From Mobula hypostoma (Eukaryota), in NCBI RefSeq assembly GCF_963921235.1, contig NC_086101.1, forward strand, positions 10,542,001 through 10,606,000: a stretch of 64,000 bases of DNA, written 5' to 3'. Of the stretch, positions 36,108 through 50,400 are shown piece by piece. Positions within the stretch are counted from its first letter, which is position 1, and each line of letters begins with the position of its first letter. The notes below the pieces were generated by a model. The model made no database searches and was not told the origin of the DNA. It saw nothing but the letters and a program-made list of their open reading frames with translations. Made by a program: the position numbers and the translations under genes.

Positions 36108-39100
36108 ATGATGATTCTTTTACAATGGAATGCAAGGAGCTTACTGGCCAATAGCCAGGAATTCAAGCACTTTATTAAAGAAATGGTTGTAAAACTGGAC
36201 ATAGTGTATATTAAGGAAACTTGGTTGAAACCAACTTTAGACTTTGTGGTATATGGGTATACAATGATAAGGAAAGATAGAAATCTAGGGGGAGGAGGGG
36301 GTTGTGCTATGTTAATTAAGCAAGGTATACCATATAGGATACTGGAAAAAGGAGATGATCAGGAATACATAGTGGTGGAAGTGTAGGAGCGAGGGGAGGG
36401 AGTGGTTATAATTAACTACTACAATCCATGTAAAAGGTTGGATTTGGACAGCCTATTAAAGATACAAGGACAAAACAGACATAAAGTAGTGTGGTGTGCA
36501 GATTTCAATGCTCATAGCACAATATGGGGGTATCCGATTACAGATTCAAATGGAAAGGTAATTGAAGATTTGATGGAAGAAAGGGATTTGGTGTGTATGA
36601 ATGATGGTGGAGGCACAAGGATAGATATAACAACAGGAACTGAGTCAGTGTTATATATTACATTAGTGTCTAATACCTTGACTGGCATTAGTAACTGGGA
36701 AGTTTGGACTGCTTCAACAGTAGGCAGTGATCACTACCCAGTTTTATGTTCAGTGGGTGAAAGAGTTGAAGTAAGGCCAGGTGGCGGAACCCCAAAGTGG
36801 GTGTTTGAAAAAGCAGATTGGGGTAAGTTCCAGAAGTTGAGTGAAGAAGGGTTGACAAAGATTGATATTTCTGGAAACATAGATGAATTAAACAGTCAGG
36901 CGACTTCAGCAATTAATAAGGCAGCAGAAGGAGCCATACCCAGGAGTAAAAATAGGATGAATAGGAAACTGGTACCAGGGTGGACAGAGGAATGTTGTCA
37001 GGCTGTAAAAAACAGAAATAGAGCATTCAGCCTAGTTAAAGAACCCATAATATGCAGCATTTGGTTCAATATAAGAAAGCACAGGTAGTGGTGAGAAGAA
37101 CTATACGTCAAGCTAAAAGGGCAAGTTGGAGGAGTTTTTGCGACAAGATAGGAAGAACAACACCTGTGGGAGAGATATGGGGAATGATTAAGAGGATGGG
37201 AGCAGATAGAAGGGAATGGGAATATCCAGTAATGATATCTGAGGGGGAAACTGCAGTCTCCAGTAGGGATAAGGCTTATATCATGGCCAAGTTCAGAAAA
37301 TTTGTCTGAAGAAGGGAGAAGGAGAAGGGAAAGAATAATGAGCCAACACCCAGGTGTGTTAAACAGGAGGGAAGGAACAGAAGATATAATTGATGATCCA
37401 TTTACATTAGCAGAAATGGTGAGAGCAATAAAGAGATCGAGACCAACCTCTCCAGGGAAAGATTTGATATGCTCTGTGATGCTAAAAAATCTAGAAGGAG
37501 CGCTCTTGAAGTTGCTGCATTTTTATAACAGAGTGTGGGAGGAGGGAAGATTACCAAGTGCATGGAAAGAAGCAGTAGTAATTCCAATAAGGAAGTCTGG
37601 CAAAGATCCATCAAAACCCACTAGCTACAGACCAATAGCATTAACATCAAGTTTATGTAAGATAATGGAAAGGATGATAACAGAAAGGTTATCGTATGAG
37701 CTTGAGAAGAGGGGAATGCTGGCAAGTTATCAGAGTGGTTTTAGAAAGGGAAGGAATTCCATGGACTCAGTGATAAGGTTAGAGACTGAAATAAGGAAGG
37801 CCCAGGCAAATAAAGTGTCAGTAGTTGCAGTGTTTTTGGCATTGAAAAAGCATATGATATGATGTGGAAGGAAGGATTATTAATTAAACTGCACAAGATG
37901 GGGGTTGGTGGGAGAGTTTTTAATTGCATTAAAGATTTTTTGTTTGGTAGAAAAATTCAAGTTCGGATTGGATCAGAATTATCAAAACAGTACATAGTGG
38001 AAAATGGCACACCTCAAGTTAGTGTGATTAGCCCGTTACTTTTCATCATTATAATCAATGATGTCTTCACAAAGGTACCAGTGGATATAGGTAGGTCACT
38101 GTTTGCGGATGATGGGGCCTTGTGGAAAAGAGGCAGGAACATGGACCATATAATCAGGAAACTACAAGAAGCAATTGATGAAGTGGTGGAGTGGGGTTAT
38201 GATTGGGGATGTAGATTTTCAGTAGATAAAACTCAAACTGTATTTTTTACCAGGAAAAGAGTTGAGGTAGGGAAGAAGTTAAGGATGTATGGGGTTGAAT
38301 TAGAAAGGGTTGCACCATTTAAATTTCTGGAAGTTATATTTGATTCACGATTAACATGGGCAGACCATATCAGGAAAGTTAAGGAGAAATGTAAAAAAGC
38401 AATAAATGTGATGAGATGTTTGACTGGTAGGGAATGGGGAGCAAGTTGTTCAGCTTTGAAGAGAATGTATGTGGCTTTAGTGAGATCTGTGTTGGACTTT
38501 GGAAATATAGCATATGGGTCAGCAGCTAGGTCTCTTATAAGGAAACTGGATGTGATTCAGGCTCAGGCCTTGAGAGTGCGCAGTGGGGCTTTTAAAACGT
38601 CACCAGTGTCAGCCCTACTGGTAGAAGTGGGAGTAATGCCTTTGGAACTAAGAAGGATGCAATTAATGGCAAACTACTGGGCTAACTTGCAGGGGCACAA
38701 TGATTCTCACCCTACTAAAGGAGTGTTGCAGGAGTGCTGGGAAAATGGGAGGTTTCAGAGGGATACCTTTAGTCGGGTAGGGAATGATATCGCGAAAGAA
38801 TGTGGAGTGTTTGAATTAAGGATAAGTCCTTCAGTAGTTTATCCAGTTGTAGCTCCATGGAAGCTTGTATGGCCTGACATAGACTGGCATTTGTTAGAGG
38901 TAAAAAGGAAAGGAAGATATAAAACAGATTTGGTAATGCATTTAACTGTCATGTGATGGAAAAGTATAGTGATTATACTCACATTTATACGGATGGTGTG
39001 AAGGAACCTGAAACAGGAGTGACAGGGTTTGGGGTGGTTATACCAGCAAATGAAATTGGAATCAGCAGAAGAACATCTAATAAGTTAGGGGTGTTTACAG

Positions 39101-39297
39101 TGGAGATGCTGGCGGTATTGGTTGTGTTGCAATGGGTGCAGAAAGCCAGACAAGTCAAAGCATTGATATGTTCAGATTCAGCCTCAGTTCTAGCAAGTTT
39201 AAGATCTTTTCACACAAACAGTCGGCAAGATGTACTTTATGAAGTCCTTCAGTTAGTTACAAGTATTGCAAATCAGGGAGGTCAGGTAAAATTTCAA
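36108..39297 (+). pseudogene. Nimb ORF2 (APE-RT-RNase H), frameshifted
   Basis: Consecutive ORFs starting at 36087, 36402, 37052, 37302, 37859 and 38953. Confidence 0.88.
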
Positions 39298-39480
39298 TGT
39301 GGTGCCGCCGGGCGTGTAAACCTCGGCCCAGATCAGAGGGGATTGCCGATTGCGGAGAGCAATCCGGAGGTTGGGGACCACTGCTGCAGAGGTTGCTACA
39401 GATTTTGTTTTTTTTCCCTGCGAAGAGAGCCCCCCACTGTAAGCACTGAACACAATACACGTGTCCTCTGGTGGCCACAG

Positions 39481-41340
39481 ATGAAGACATGAGGTTGCCT
39501 TGGCAGTCAAAGTGAAGGATAATCCAAAGAGCTTTTACAGGTATATTAAGAGCAAAAGGATTGTAAGGGATAAAATTGGTCCTCTTGAAGATCAGAGCGG
39601 TAGGCTATGTGTGGAACCAAAGGAAATGGGGGAGATCTTAAATAGGTTTTTTGCGTCTGTATTTACTAAGGAAACTGGCATGAAGTCTATGGAATTAAGG
39701 GAAACAAGTAGTGAGAGCATGGAAACTGTACAGATTGAAAAGGAGGAGGTGCTTGCTGTCTTGAGGAAAATTAAAGTGGATAAATCCCCGGGACCTGACA
39801 GGGTGTTCCCTCAGACCTTGAAGGAGATGAGTGTTGAAATTGCAGGGGCCCTGGTAGAAATATTTAAAATGTCACTGTCTAAGGGTGAGGATTAGAGAGT
39901 GGCTCATGTTGTTCCGTTGTTTAAAAAAGGATCGAAAAGTAATCCAGGAAATTATAGGCCGGTAAGTTTAACGTTGGTGGTGGGTAAGTTATTGGAGGGA
40001 GTACTAAGAGACAGAATCTACAAACATTTGGAAAGACAGGGACTTATCAGGGAGAGCCAACATGGCTTTGTGCGTGGTAGGTCATGTTTGACCAATCTAT
40101 TGGAGTTTTTCGAGGAGGTTACCAGGAAAGTGGATGAAGGCAAGGCAGTGTATATTTTCTACATGGATTTCAGTAAGGCCTTTGACAAGGTCCCGCATGG
40201 GAGGGTAGTTAGGAAAATTCAGTCGCTAGGTATACATGGAGAGGTGGTAAATTGGATTAGACATTGGCTCAATGGTAGAAGCCAAAGAGTGGTAGTAGAG
40301 AATTGCTTCTCCGAGTGGAGGCTTGTGACTAGTGGTGTGCCACAGGGATCAGTGCTGGGTCCATTGTTATTTATCATCTATATCAATGATCTTGATGATA
40401 ATGTGGTAAATTGGATCAGCAAATTTGCTGATGATACAAAGATTGGAGGTGTAGTAGACAGTGAGGAAGGTTTTCAGAGCCTGCAGAGGGACTTGGACCA
40501 GCTGGAAAAATGGTAGATGGTGTTTAATACAGACAAGTGTGAGGTACTGCATGTTGGAAGGACAAACCAAGGTAGAACATACAGGGTTAATGGTAAGGCA
40601 CTGAGAAGTGCAGTAGAACAGAGGGATCTGGGAATACAGATATAACATTCCCTAAAAGTAGCGTCACAGGTAGATAGGGTCGTAAAGAGAGCTTTTGGTA
40701 CATTGGCCTTTATTAATCAAAGTATTGAGTATAAGAGCTGGAATGTTATGATGAGGTTGTATAAGGCATTGGTGAGGCCGAATCTGGAGTATTCTGTTCA
40801 GTTTTGGTCACCAAATTACAGGAAGGATATAAATAAGGTTGAAAGAGTGCAGAGAAGGTTTACAAGGATGTTGCCGGGACTTGAGAAACTCAGTTACAGA
40901 GAAAGGTTGAATAGGTTAGGACTTTATTCCCTGGAGCGTTGAAGAATGAGGGGAGATTTGATAGAGGTATATAAAATTATGATGGGTATAGATTGAGTGA
41001 ATGCAAGCAGGCTTTTTCCACTGAGGCATGGGGGGGAAGAAAAAACAGAGGACATGGGTTAAGGGTGAGGGGGTAAAAATTTAAAGGGAACATTAGGGAC
41101 AGCTTCTTCACACAGAGAGTGGTGGGAGTATGGAATGAGCTGCCAGACGAGGTGGTAAATGCGGGTTCTTTTTTAACATTTAAGAATAAATTGGACAGAT
41201 ACATGGATGGGAGGTGTATGGAGGGATATGGTCTGTGTGCAGGTCAGTGGGACTAGGCAGAAAATGGTTCGGCACGGCCAAGAAGGGCCAAAAGGCCTGT
41301 TTCTGTTCTGTAGTTTTTCTATGGTTTCTGTGGTTTCTAA
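39481..41340 (+). mobile_element. CR1, 5'-truncated
   Basis: ORFs 39500-39895, 39899-40516 and 40703-40942, a (TTTCTATGG)n tail, and an empty site in copy 1 at about 16490. Confidence 0.95.
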
Positions 41341-43569
41341 AGCGTAGCACAAATAGTTGATGCTTATCTCAAGAGGATTTGAACCTTGAAATTTGCCTGC
41401 AAGGGTACCATGAACAAGTATGCCATTCTAAACCAGGGAGGTGCTGTTCATAAAGTCCACACAGCACCATGATGCAACATGTGCTGAACCTTGAAACGGA
41501 TCTTCAGCACTTTACCAGCAACTCCAGGTTCTCAGAAACATGAAATGAAAATGAAGGCCTTGTGACACGAGCATTTTCATGCTGTGATGGAAACCACCAG
41601 CAAATATTCTGTAGGTTTCATCAGTAAAGGCAATGGGGTTGTAGACAAATGTCCACACAAAGTGTGCAAAAGTGCACAAGGTTGTGTTTCTGCAAACTAT
41701 GTCACTGACATCAAACCCAACAATGAACTGTTAACAATTAATGATTAACTGTCTACACAACAGTGATAGAACTTGTTTCTACATTCACCTGGCATGAAAG
41801 TTACTACGATGCTGAACACTGGGCCACCTGAGTCACTCAGGCCAGAGCACATATTTAAGGAGAGGCTGACTACTTTTCTCTTGTAGCCAATAGGCTTGTC
41901 ACTTATGGGCCCAGATTTCCTGTTGTGGAGGAATTTCATTTCCAGAGAAATGAACTGTAGAGGCAATAAATGGATACTGCGCCTGGTTTGAGTTAAGGGG
42001 CTGAATTGTGTCACAGGGCAAAACTGGATTAAAAAGTTCAAATTAAACTCAGAAAGAAAGGAAGGTGTTTCACCACAAGTGCATGTGCACGCGTATATAT
42101 ATATACATATACACACACACATATACACACACACACACACCACAGATCACTGGCTTGATAAGCTTCTGACCTTAAACAGGTCTATGGGATTTGAAAGGAT
42201 TTCACATGAAGATCCATGTGGAAGTTTAAGCCTCTCACACCTTCCACAAGACGCAACTTGTTCTCCAAAGAAGCAGTTGTGCATGAACTGGGCTGTCTGA
42301 AGGGACATGGTATTCTATCTCAAGTTAAGCTGTGATTGGGCTGCTCTTTTTGCAGTCACTCCAAAGCAGAGTGAAACAGTGATGCTATGGGACAAAATTG
42401 CTACATGGAAGTTTATACACATAACTCAATTTTTTTGCAATCTTGACTGGCAATTGGATTCAGAGAGATAAATTTGCACTGACTAAATAGCAGATGGGCC
42501 TGAATCCAGTGCCTAACATATCTCACAATTAACATGCAGAAAGCTATTGTGGAGGTTAAACAGCACCAGATTTTATGCACTGTAGTGATGGTCAGGCTGT
42601 ATTCCTAAAGGAATCAGTGTCAGCATGCAAAATGCCAATTTCCACTGTGACGACAGACCAAATTATCAGAAGATTGATGCCGATAAGAGGACAATGGAGG
42701 AATATTCAGAAATGTTAATGAGAGACAAGAGGGATTAATGAAAAGGAGACACAGTTCCGAGTACTGTCAGAGACCAGTTGCTTTGAACCCTGAACTGTTT
42801 GAAGTTTGATGGACAGACGATACCCCAGCAGGGGGATAAAAAGGGACAGGTTCGCTGAGACACGACCACACACGACACCATGAGGTAACGAGACCCTGGA
42901 AGCAGTGTGCCCCCACAAGTTGGTGAGTGTTTTGGAGGTCTGGTCGCGGGACCAGCCATAGACGCACAGGGTGGAAAGGTGCGGTCAGGCAGGAACCCGG
43001 TGTGTGTGTCCGCCCTTGCCTGGGTGCCTGGTTCACCGCAGAAGAACGATCGTATCTGGAACGGAGGGGTCACAGTCGGTGACCTCAGAAGACACTACAA
43101 AGGGCTCGCCCGAAAGCTAACTGCGAGGAATATCGAAGGTCGGTTTGGAATGCGATTTGCATATTCATTCTCTCTCCCTCCCCAACGGCACAACAGTAAT
43201 TACTGCGAACTGAACTAAATTGAACTGAACTCTGTCACTTGAGACTGATCATTTTACCCCTGGACAGCGATAGAGCTTGATTGATCCTATTATCCTAGTT
43301 CTGTGTACATGTGTGTTTATTCATTGCGAACCTGTTGCATTTATATCCTTACTATTAGAATACTGTATTGCTTATTTCTTTAATAAAACTTTCTTAATTC
43401 CAGTAATCCAGACTCCAACTAAGTGGTCCATTTCTGCTGGTTTGACAACCCAGTTACGGGGTACGTAACATAAGTGGGGTTCTCGTCCGTGATTTTGAAC
43501 GCTAAATTTGGAACGGGGTAAATTGATTGGGTCAAAATTCCCGAAAGAAAGAAAAGGCAAACAGCAGAA

Positions 43570-46500
43570 ATGGAGATTGAGGAATTTCTAAAGGCGCCGA
43601 CCTTGGAGGCATTAGAAGATGCCAGGAAAGTAGAATTGGCAGCTGTGGCCAAACCGTTGAATCTTGCTAAGGGGAAGTCGACAATGAGGAGAGAGGAGAT
43701 ACACAGAGCTATCATAGAGCATTATGTGTCTAAAGGTGTGTTTCCCCAAGGGGAGCTGGAGGTGATATCTATTGGAAAACCTGCTGGAGACGCGGTACAG
43801 GTGCAGCTTGAGAAATTGAGACTCGAGCACGAGCTCCGGGTACGGCAGCTAGAACACGAAGACAGGCAGTTAGAACGGCAAGAGAGGCAGTTGGAGCGAG
43901 AAGAGAAACAGAGGGAAAGGGAATTTGAGCTGGGAAGGATAAAGATGATGGCAGCGCAGGGGCCCATGCCGAACCAAGGTGGAGGGTTCAGGGCGACCCA
44001 GGAAGTTAGGCTGGTTCCCCCATTTGACAAGACCAATGTTGATTGGTACTTTCTCTATTTTGAAAAAGTTGCTGCAAGTCAGGACTGGCCGAGGGATAAG
44101 TGGGCTGTTTTGCTTCAGAGTGTACTTAAAGGAAAAGCCCAACAAGCTTACTCGGCTTTGTCCGCAGAAGATGCCCAGAGGTATGAGGTGGTGAAGGAGG
44201 CCATCCTCAGGATTTATGAGTTAGTCCCGGAGGCATACCGGCAGAGGTTCCGGAATGCGAGGAAGCAGTGGGGCCGCACGTATTTAGAGTTTGTCCGTGA
44301 GATGCAGACATATTGTGAGCGTTGGTGCGCCTCGAAGGGGGTAAAGGGGGATCATGACAGACTGCTACAGCTGATCCTGATTGAGCAGTTTAAAACATAG
44401 AACATAGGGTAGTACAGCACAGTGCAGGCCCTTTGGCCCACAATGTTGTGCCGACCTTCAAACCCTGCCTCCCATATAAGCCCCCACCTTAGATTCCTCC
44501 ATATACCTGTCTAGTAGTCTCTTAAACTTCACTAATGTATCTGCCTCCACCACTGACTCAGGCAGTGCATTCCATGCACCAACCACTCTCTGAGTAAAAA
44601 ACCTTCCTCTAATATCCCCCTTGAACTTCCCACCCCTTACCTTAAAGCCATGTCCTCTTGTATTGAGCACTGGTGCCCTGGGGAAGAGGCGCTGGCTATC
44701 CACTCTATCTATTCCTCATATTATCTTGTACACCTCTGTCATGTCTCCTCTCATCCTCCTTCTCTCCAAAGAGTAAAGCCTTAGCTCCCTTAATCTCTGA
44801 TCATAATCCATACTTTCTAAACCAGGCAGCATCCTGGTAAATCTCCTCTGTACCCTTTCCAATGCTTCCACATCCTTCCTATAGTGAGGTGACCAGAACT
44901 GGACACAATACTCCAAGTGTGGCCTAACCAGAGTTTTATACAGCTGCATCATTACATCGCGACTCTTAAACTCTAACCTTCGACTTATGAAAGCTAACAC
45001 CCCATAAGCTTTCTTAACTACCCTATCCATCTGTGAGGCAACTTTCAGGGATCTGTGGATATGTACCCCGAGATCCCTCTGCTCCTCCACACTACCAAGT
45101 ATCCTGCCATTTACTTTGTACTCTACCTTGGAGTTTGTCCTTCCAAAGTGTACCACCTCACACTTCTCCGGGTTGAACTCCATCTGCCACTTCTCAGCCC
45201 ACTTCTGCATCTATCAATGTCTCTCTGTAATATTTGACAATCCTCTACACTATCTACAACACCACCAACCTTTGTGTCGTTTGCAAACTTGCCAACCCAC
45301 CCTCCTACCCCCACATCCAGGTCGTTAATAAAAATCACGAAAAGTAGAGGTCCCAGAACAGATCCTTGTGGGACACCACTAGTCACAATCCTCCAATCTG
45401 AATGTACTCCCTCCACCATCACTCTCTGCCTTCTGCAGGCAAGCCAATTCTGAATCTACCTGGCCAAACTTCCCTGGATCCCATGCCTTCTAACTTTCTG
45501 AATAAGCCTACCGTGTGGAACCTTGTCAAATGCCTTACTATAATCCATATGGATCACATCCACTGCACTACCCTCATCTATATGCCTGGTCACCTCCTTA
45601 AAGAACTCTATCAGGCTTGTTAGACATGATCTGCCCTTCACAAAGCCATGCTGACTGTCCCTGATCAGACCATGATTCTCTAAATGCCTATAGATCCTAT
45701 CTCTAAGAATCTTTTCCAACAGCTTTCCCACCACAGACGCAAGGCTCACTGGTCTATAATTACCCGGACTATCCCTACTACCTTTGTTGAACAAGGGAAC
45801 AACATTCGCCTCCCTCCAATCCTCCGGTACCATTCCCGTGGACAACGAGGACATAAAGATCCTAGCCAAAGGCTCAGCAATCTCTTCTCTCACCTCGTGG
45901 AGCAGCCTGGGGAATATTCCATCAGGCCCCGGGGACTTATCTGTCCTAATGTATTTTAACAACTCCAGCACCTCCTCTCCCGTAATATCAGCATGCTCCA
46001 GAACATCAACCTCACTCATATTGTCCTCAACATCATCAAGTTCCCTCTCATCGGTGAATACCGAAGAGAAGTATTCATTGAGGACCTCGCTCACTTCCAC
46101 AGCCTCCAGGCACATCTTTCCTCCTTTATCTCTAATCCGTCCTACCTTCACTCCTGTCATCCTTTTTTTCTTCACATAATTGAAGAATACCTTGGGGTTT
46201 TCCTTTACCCTACTCGCCAAGGCCTTCTCATGACCCCTTCTTGCTCTTCTCAGCCCCTTCTTAAGCTCCTTTCTTGCTTCCCTATATTCCTCAATAGATC
46301 CATCTGATCCGTGCTTCCTAAACCTCATGTATGCTGCCTTCTTCCTCCTGACTAGATTTTCCACCTCACTTGTCACCCATGGTTCCTTCACCCTACCATT
46401 CTTTATCTTCCTCACCGGGACAAATTTATCCCCAACATCCTGCAAGAGATCTCTAAACATCGACCACATGTCCATAGTACATTTCCCTGCAAAAACATCA

Positions 46501-47486
46501 TCCCAATTCACACCCGCAAGTTCTAGCCTTATAGCCTCATAATTTGCCTTTCCCCAGTTAAAAATTTTCCTGTTCTCTTTGATTCTAAAGGTTGTGTCCC
46601 TGACGGTATGAGACCCTACCTAGATGAGAAAGAGGCAGACACTTTAGCCGCAACTGCTAAGTCAGCGGATGAGTACACGTTGACACATAACATGAAGTTT
46701 GCCCCGAGTAAAGGCTACCAGAAGGGTAGTCAGGACGGTGGGGAGAGTCCGCTAGAAAAGTCAGAAAGTAAGCCGGGGACTAGTGAGAAGGATAAGGAAG
46801 ACCGGGAGCAGTTTGGTAGGAAGTCACCTGGGGTCGTATGTTATAATTGTGAGAAAGCCGGACACTTTGCGTCCAGGTGCTTTGCCCCAAAGAAAGCGAC
46901 GGGAAAAGGAAAGGTGGCGGTTCTGACTGGCTGTATTGAGCTGGTAAGCAAACCGCTAGGAGAGAAGAGGTCCGCCAAAGTTCAGGAAGGGCGCGAGAGG
47001 TTTATCTCGGCCGGATTAGTGTCGGTGAAGGAGGGGTTAAACCCAGTTCCAGTACAGATCTGGAGAGACACGGGCGCGTGTCAGTCATTGATATTAAAGG
47101 GTGTGTTAGGCTTTAGTTCAGAGACCGAGACTGAGAAAGTCAGGGTCATAAAAGGCATTGGGAAAGGGACTGAGGCAGTACCCTTGCACCAGATACACCT
47201 AAAAAGCGACTTAGTCTCTGGACCGGTCACGATCGGGGTGAGGCCCGAACTACCGATGAAAGGCGTGGAAGTCTTACTCGGTAATGACCACGCCGGCGGA
47301 AATGTGTTCTCAGCAGTGAGATTGACAAGTCAGCCTGCCAGCATTGAAGCCCCGCCCATGGACTCACAGGTTCATTCCGTTTGCACAGTGACTCGGCGTA
47401 TGTCTAGAAAGGCTGCAAAGGCTGATATTGAGTTAGTGGAGACGTTTTTACCAGCCTTGAACCGGGGGGGGGGGGTTAGAAAGTGA
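43570..47486 (+). pseudogene. Gag (SCAN-like, zinc knuckle) plus protease of Gmr1-like copy A, split by a CR1
   Basis: ORF 43570-44400 (YELVPEAYRQRFR, LILIEQFK) rejoins ORF 46608-47486 (CYNCEKAGHFASRC, RDTGA, LLGND). Confidence 0.88.
44394..46585 (-). mobile_element. CR1 nested in gag, same subfamily as 19298-22183
   Basis: ORFs 45456-46511, 45123-45422, 44716-45210 and 44458-44703, flanked by TAAA. Gag rejoins as EQFK|GCVP. Confidence 0.95.
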
Positions 47487-50400
47487 AAAGAAGGAGCGTA
47501 GTGGAACAGGAGGAAGTGAGGGAGCTAAGGCAGACTTAGCATTAGCCAGGAAGGACTCTATACAGGCACAGGAGCGAGACGAGGAGCTAAGGGTTTTTGC
47601 GGAGACAGCTCTCTCTGAAGCAGAATTAAAAAGGGAGCCAGTGGGCTATTGTGTGGAGGAGGGAGTGCTAAGGAAGAAAGGGAGACCAAGTACCGTGCCC
47701 GCAGATGAGGAATGGGGGATGGTGCCAAAAATTTATGGGGATGAGATTCTTAACCTGGCCCACAAGATACCCCTTGGTGGACATTTTGGGGGAGGAAAAC
47801 AGTCGGCGGAATCATGAAAGAGTTTTACTGGCTGCACAGGAGGAAGGATGTTATTGACTATTGCAGACGTGAGTTAACACATTTAGAGGCTATTAACATG
47901 TTAAAAGCCCACCACGATCAGAGAACAGATCTAGCTGGTGATATCATGAAAATTAATTAGGCTAGTGTGCCACCTGATAAGGGGAGGACCCATTTTGAAA
48001 AGTTAAGTGTGGTGCCGACCAGATGGGAGATGTCTATTGTTTTGACCCGTTTTGCTGATAAGGTCTCTCACCTAACCCCCGAACAAAGCGGGCCATTGAT
48101 AAGGCTAATTAACCGGCACATGCACGTAGGTCCAGATGTCCCGAGGCAATGCAAAGAGCTGGGACATGGAGCTGTTGTCACATCAGTTCAGCCTAGTGAG
48201 CAACACCCCTATAGAATGATTAATTCAGTGACAAACGGGCTAAAGAATACAGAAGTGTATATTGGCGATGTAGTGGTCTGGAGTAACACGTGGGAGGAAC
48301 TGTTTAAAAAGCTGTTTGAAGCCACCCTGACAGTGAACCTCGCAAAAAGTGAATTCGGCCACGGAAAAGTCACTTATCTGGGATTTGTGGTAGGACGGGG
48401 GCAGCTGGCTCCGATGCAAGCTAAGGTGCCGGCTATCTCTGACGTCCCCACCCCGACAGACAAGAGAGCCCTGAGAAGGTTCTTGAAGATGGTGGGGTAC
48501 TATCCGCAGTTTTGCAGAAAAAAAACAACTTTGCGGGTATTACCCACCCTCTTACTAAGCCCTTGCCAAAGAATGCTAAATTGGTATGGGACGACCCTTG
48601 TGATCTGTGTCTGGGGCGAAAACCACTGAGAGGTGACACTGATCACAATTCATTAGTATTTTCGGCCACTATGAAGTTTGCTAAGTTGGAGCCTGGTTTT
48701 AGAGGATTATTAAAATAACACATATAAAAGGAACAGAAAATGTGATTGCTGACTGTCTGTCAGGTGTTGACAACTTAAAATTCTCTGTATTAGCCAAATA
48801 GCTGATAAACATGTATATTTGTGTGTATCTGATAATATATTCGTGACTATAATTTTTACCCCAGTAAAAATCCTTGAAGGATAGGGGTGTGACGACACAC
48901 CAAATTATCAGAAGATCGATGCCGATAAGAGGACAATGGGGGAACATTCAGAAATGTTAATGAGAGATGAGAGGGATTAACAAAAAGGAGACACAATTCC
49001 GAGTATTGTCAGAGACCGGTTGCTTTGAACCCTGAACTGTTTGAAGTTTGATGGACAGGTGATACCCCAGCAGGGGGATAAAAAGGGACAGGTTCGCTGA
49101 GACACGACCACACACGACACCACGAGGTAACGAGACCCTGGAAGCGGTGTGCCCCCACAAGTTGGTGAGTGTTTTGGAGGTCTGGTCGCGGGACCAGCCA
49201 TAGACGCACAGGGTGGAAAGGTGCGGTCAGGCAGGAACCCGGTGTGTGTGTCCGCCTTTGCCTGGGTGCCGGGCTCACCGCAGAAGAACGATCGTATCTG
49301 GAACAGAGGGGTCACAGTCGGTGACCTCGGAAGACATTACAAAGGGCTCGCCCGAAAGCTAACTGCGAGGAATATCGAAGGTCGGTTTGGAATTCGATTT
49401 GCATATTCATTCTCTCTCTCCCCAATGGCACAACAGCGATTACTGCAAACTGAACTAAATTGAACTGAACTCTGTCACTTGAGACTGATCATTTTACCCC
49501 TAGACTGCGACAGAGCTTGATTGATCCTATTATCCTAGTTCTGTGTACGTGTGTTTATTCATTGCTAACCTGTTGCATTTATATCTTTACTATTAGAGTA
49601 CTGTATTGCTTATTTCTTTAATAAAACTTTCTTAGTTCCAGTAATCCAGACTCCAACTAAGTGGTCCATTTCTGCTGGTTTGGCAACCCAGTTACGGGGT
49701 ACGAAACACCACAAATATTAAGCATTACATGGCCTGTCAAATTGGTGCTCGAGTTCAAGGCCTCAGCGAAAAGTCGATGCAATTATCAAACTACCACCTT
49801 CAGCTGATGCAGCCGAACTCAGGTCATTCTTGAGTTTGTTGAGTTATTAGATGTTTCCTCATCAACATGTCAATCTTCATGCGACCATTTCAAGCCAGAC
49901 AGAATTAGTCTCCTGCATTGCGGAAAAGCATTAACTTTTGCAGGTGATGGTGATACTTCAATTCAGAGAAATGCCCGAGATTTGCTTGTCTAGCATATAC
50001 TGTGTTACACACAGGTGTCGGATACCCAATTGAATTTGTTTCTGGAGCCATGCTTACACTGAAATAAAACAGAGCATTCATTGGGCCCCAGCAATATCAC
50101 AATTATTTGTAATAGGTCACACCCCTCACAACATATTTGGCACAAGTTTAGCAGCACCACTGTGAACGCAGCCTTGGCCCTTGACTATGTTGTTCTCTGA
50201 CTGCAAAGTCCAGTGTACATGTTGTTAAGCCCATATAAATGCACATTGCTCAACTGCTCTGCATAATCAACCAGGAAGAATCAGATTCAGATTCACCTAT
50301 TTATCACATATACATCTGTAATGACAGATTTAAATGTGTTTCCTTCCTTGAGTATATGTTAATATGTGTATCACCAATAAGACAAAATGGAGTTAGCCTG

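Larger units (their letters stand above)
34591..39297 (+). mobile_element. Nimb/I-group LINE with intact 5' end, truncated at the 3' end within RNase H
   Basis: ORF1 with three CCHC knuckles; ORF2 with APE (LQWNARS, GSDHYP), RT (YRPIALTS, FADD) and RNase H (IYTDG, ICSDS). Confidence 0.9.
42646..49708 (+). mobile_element. Gmr1-like Gypsy LTR element, internally deleted (non-autonomous), copy A
   Basis: LTRs 42646-43470 and 48888-49708, TSD CCAC with an empty site in the paralog (18235-18240), PBS TGGGGTTCTCGTCCG (tRNA-Pro-like) and PPT. SCAN-like gag, CCHC knuckle, protease RDTGA, then INT, RT and RNase H remnants in that order. Confidence 0.93.

Noticed and set aside
42715..43218. ORFs repeated at 48957-49463 as duplicated genes
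   Set aside because: They are chance frames within the paired LTRs
43570..44400. SCAN-like/coiled-coil ORF as a host ZSCAN or domesticated gag gene
   Set aside because: It lies between LTRs with PBS and TSD, is split by a CR1, and has a second retroelement copy in the window
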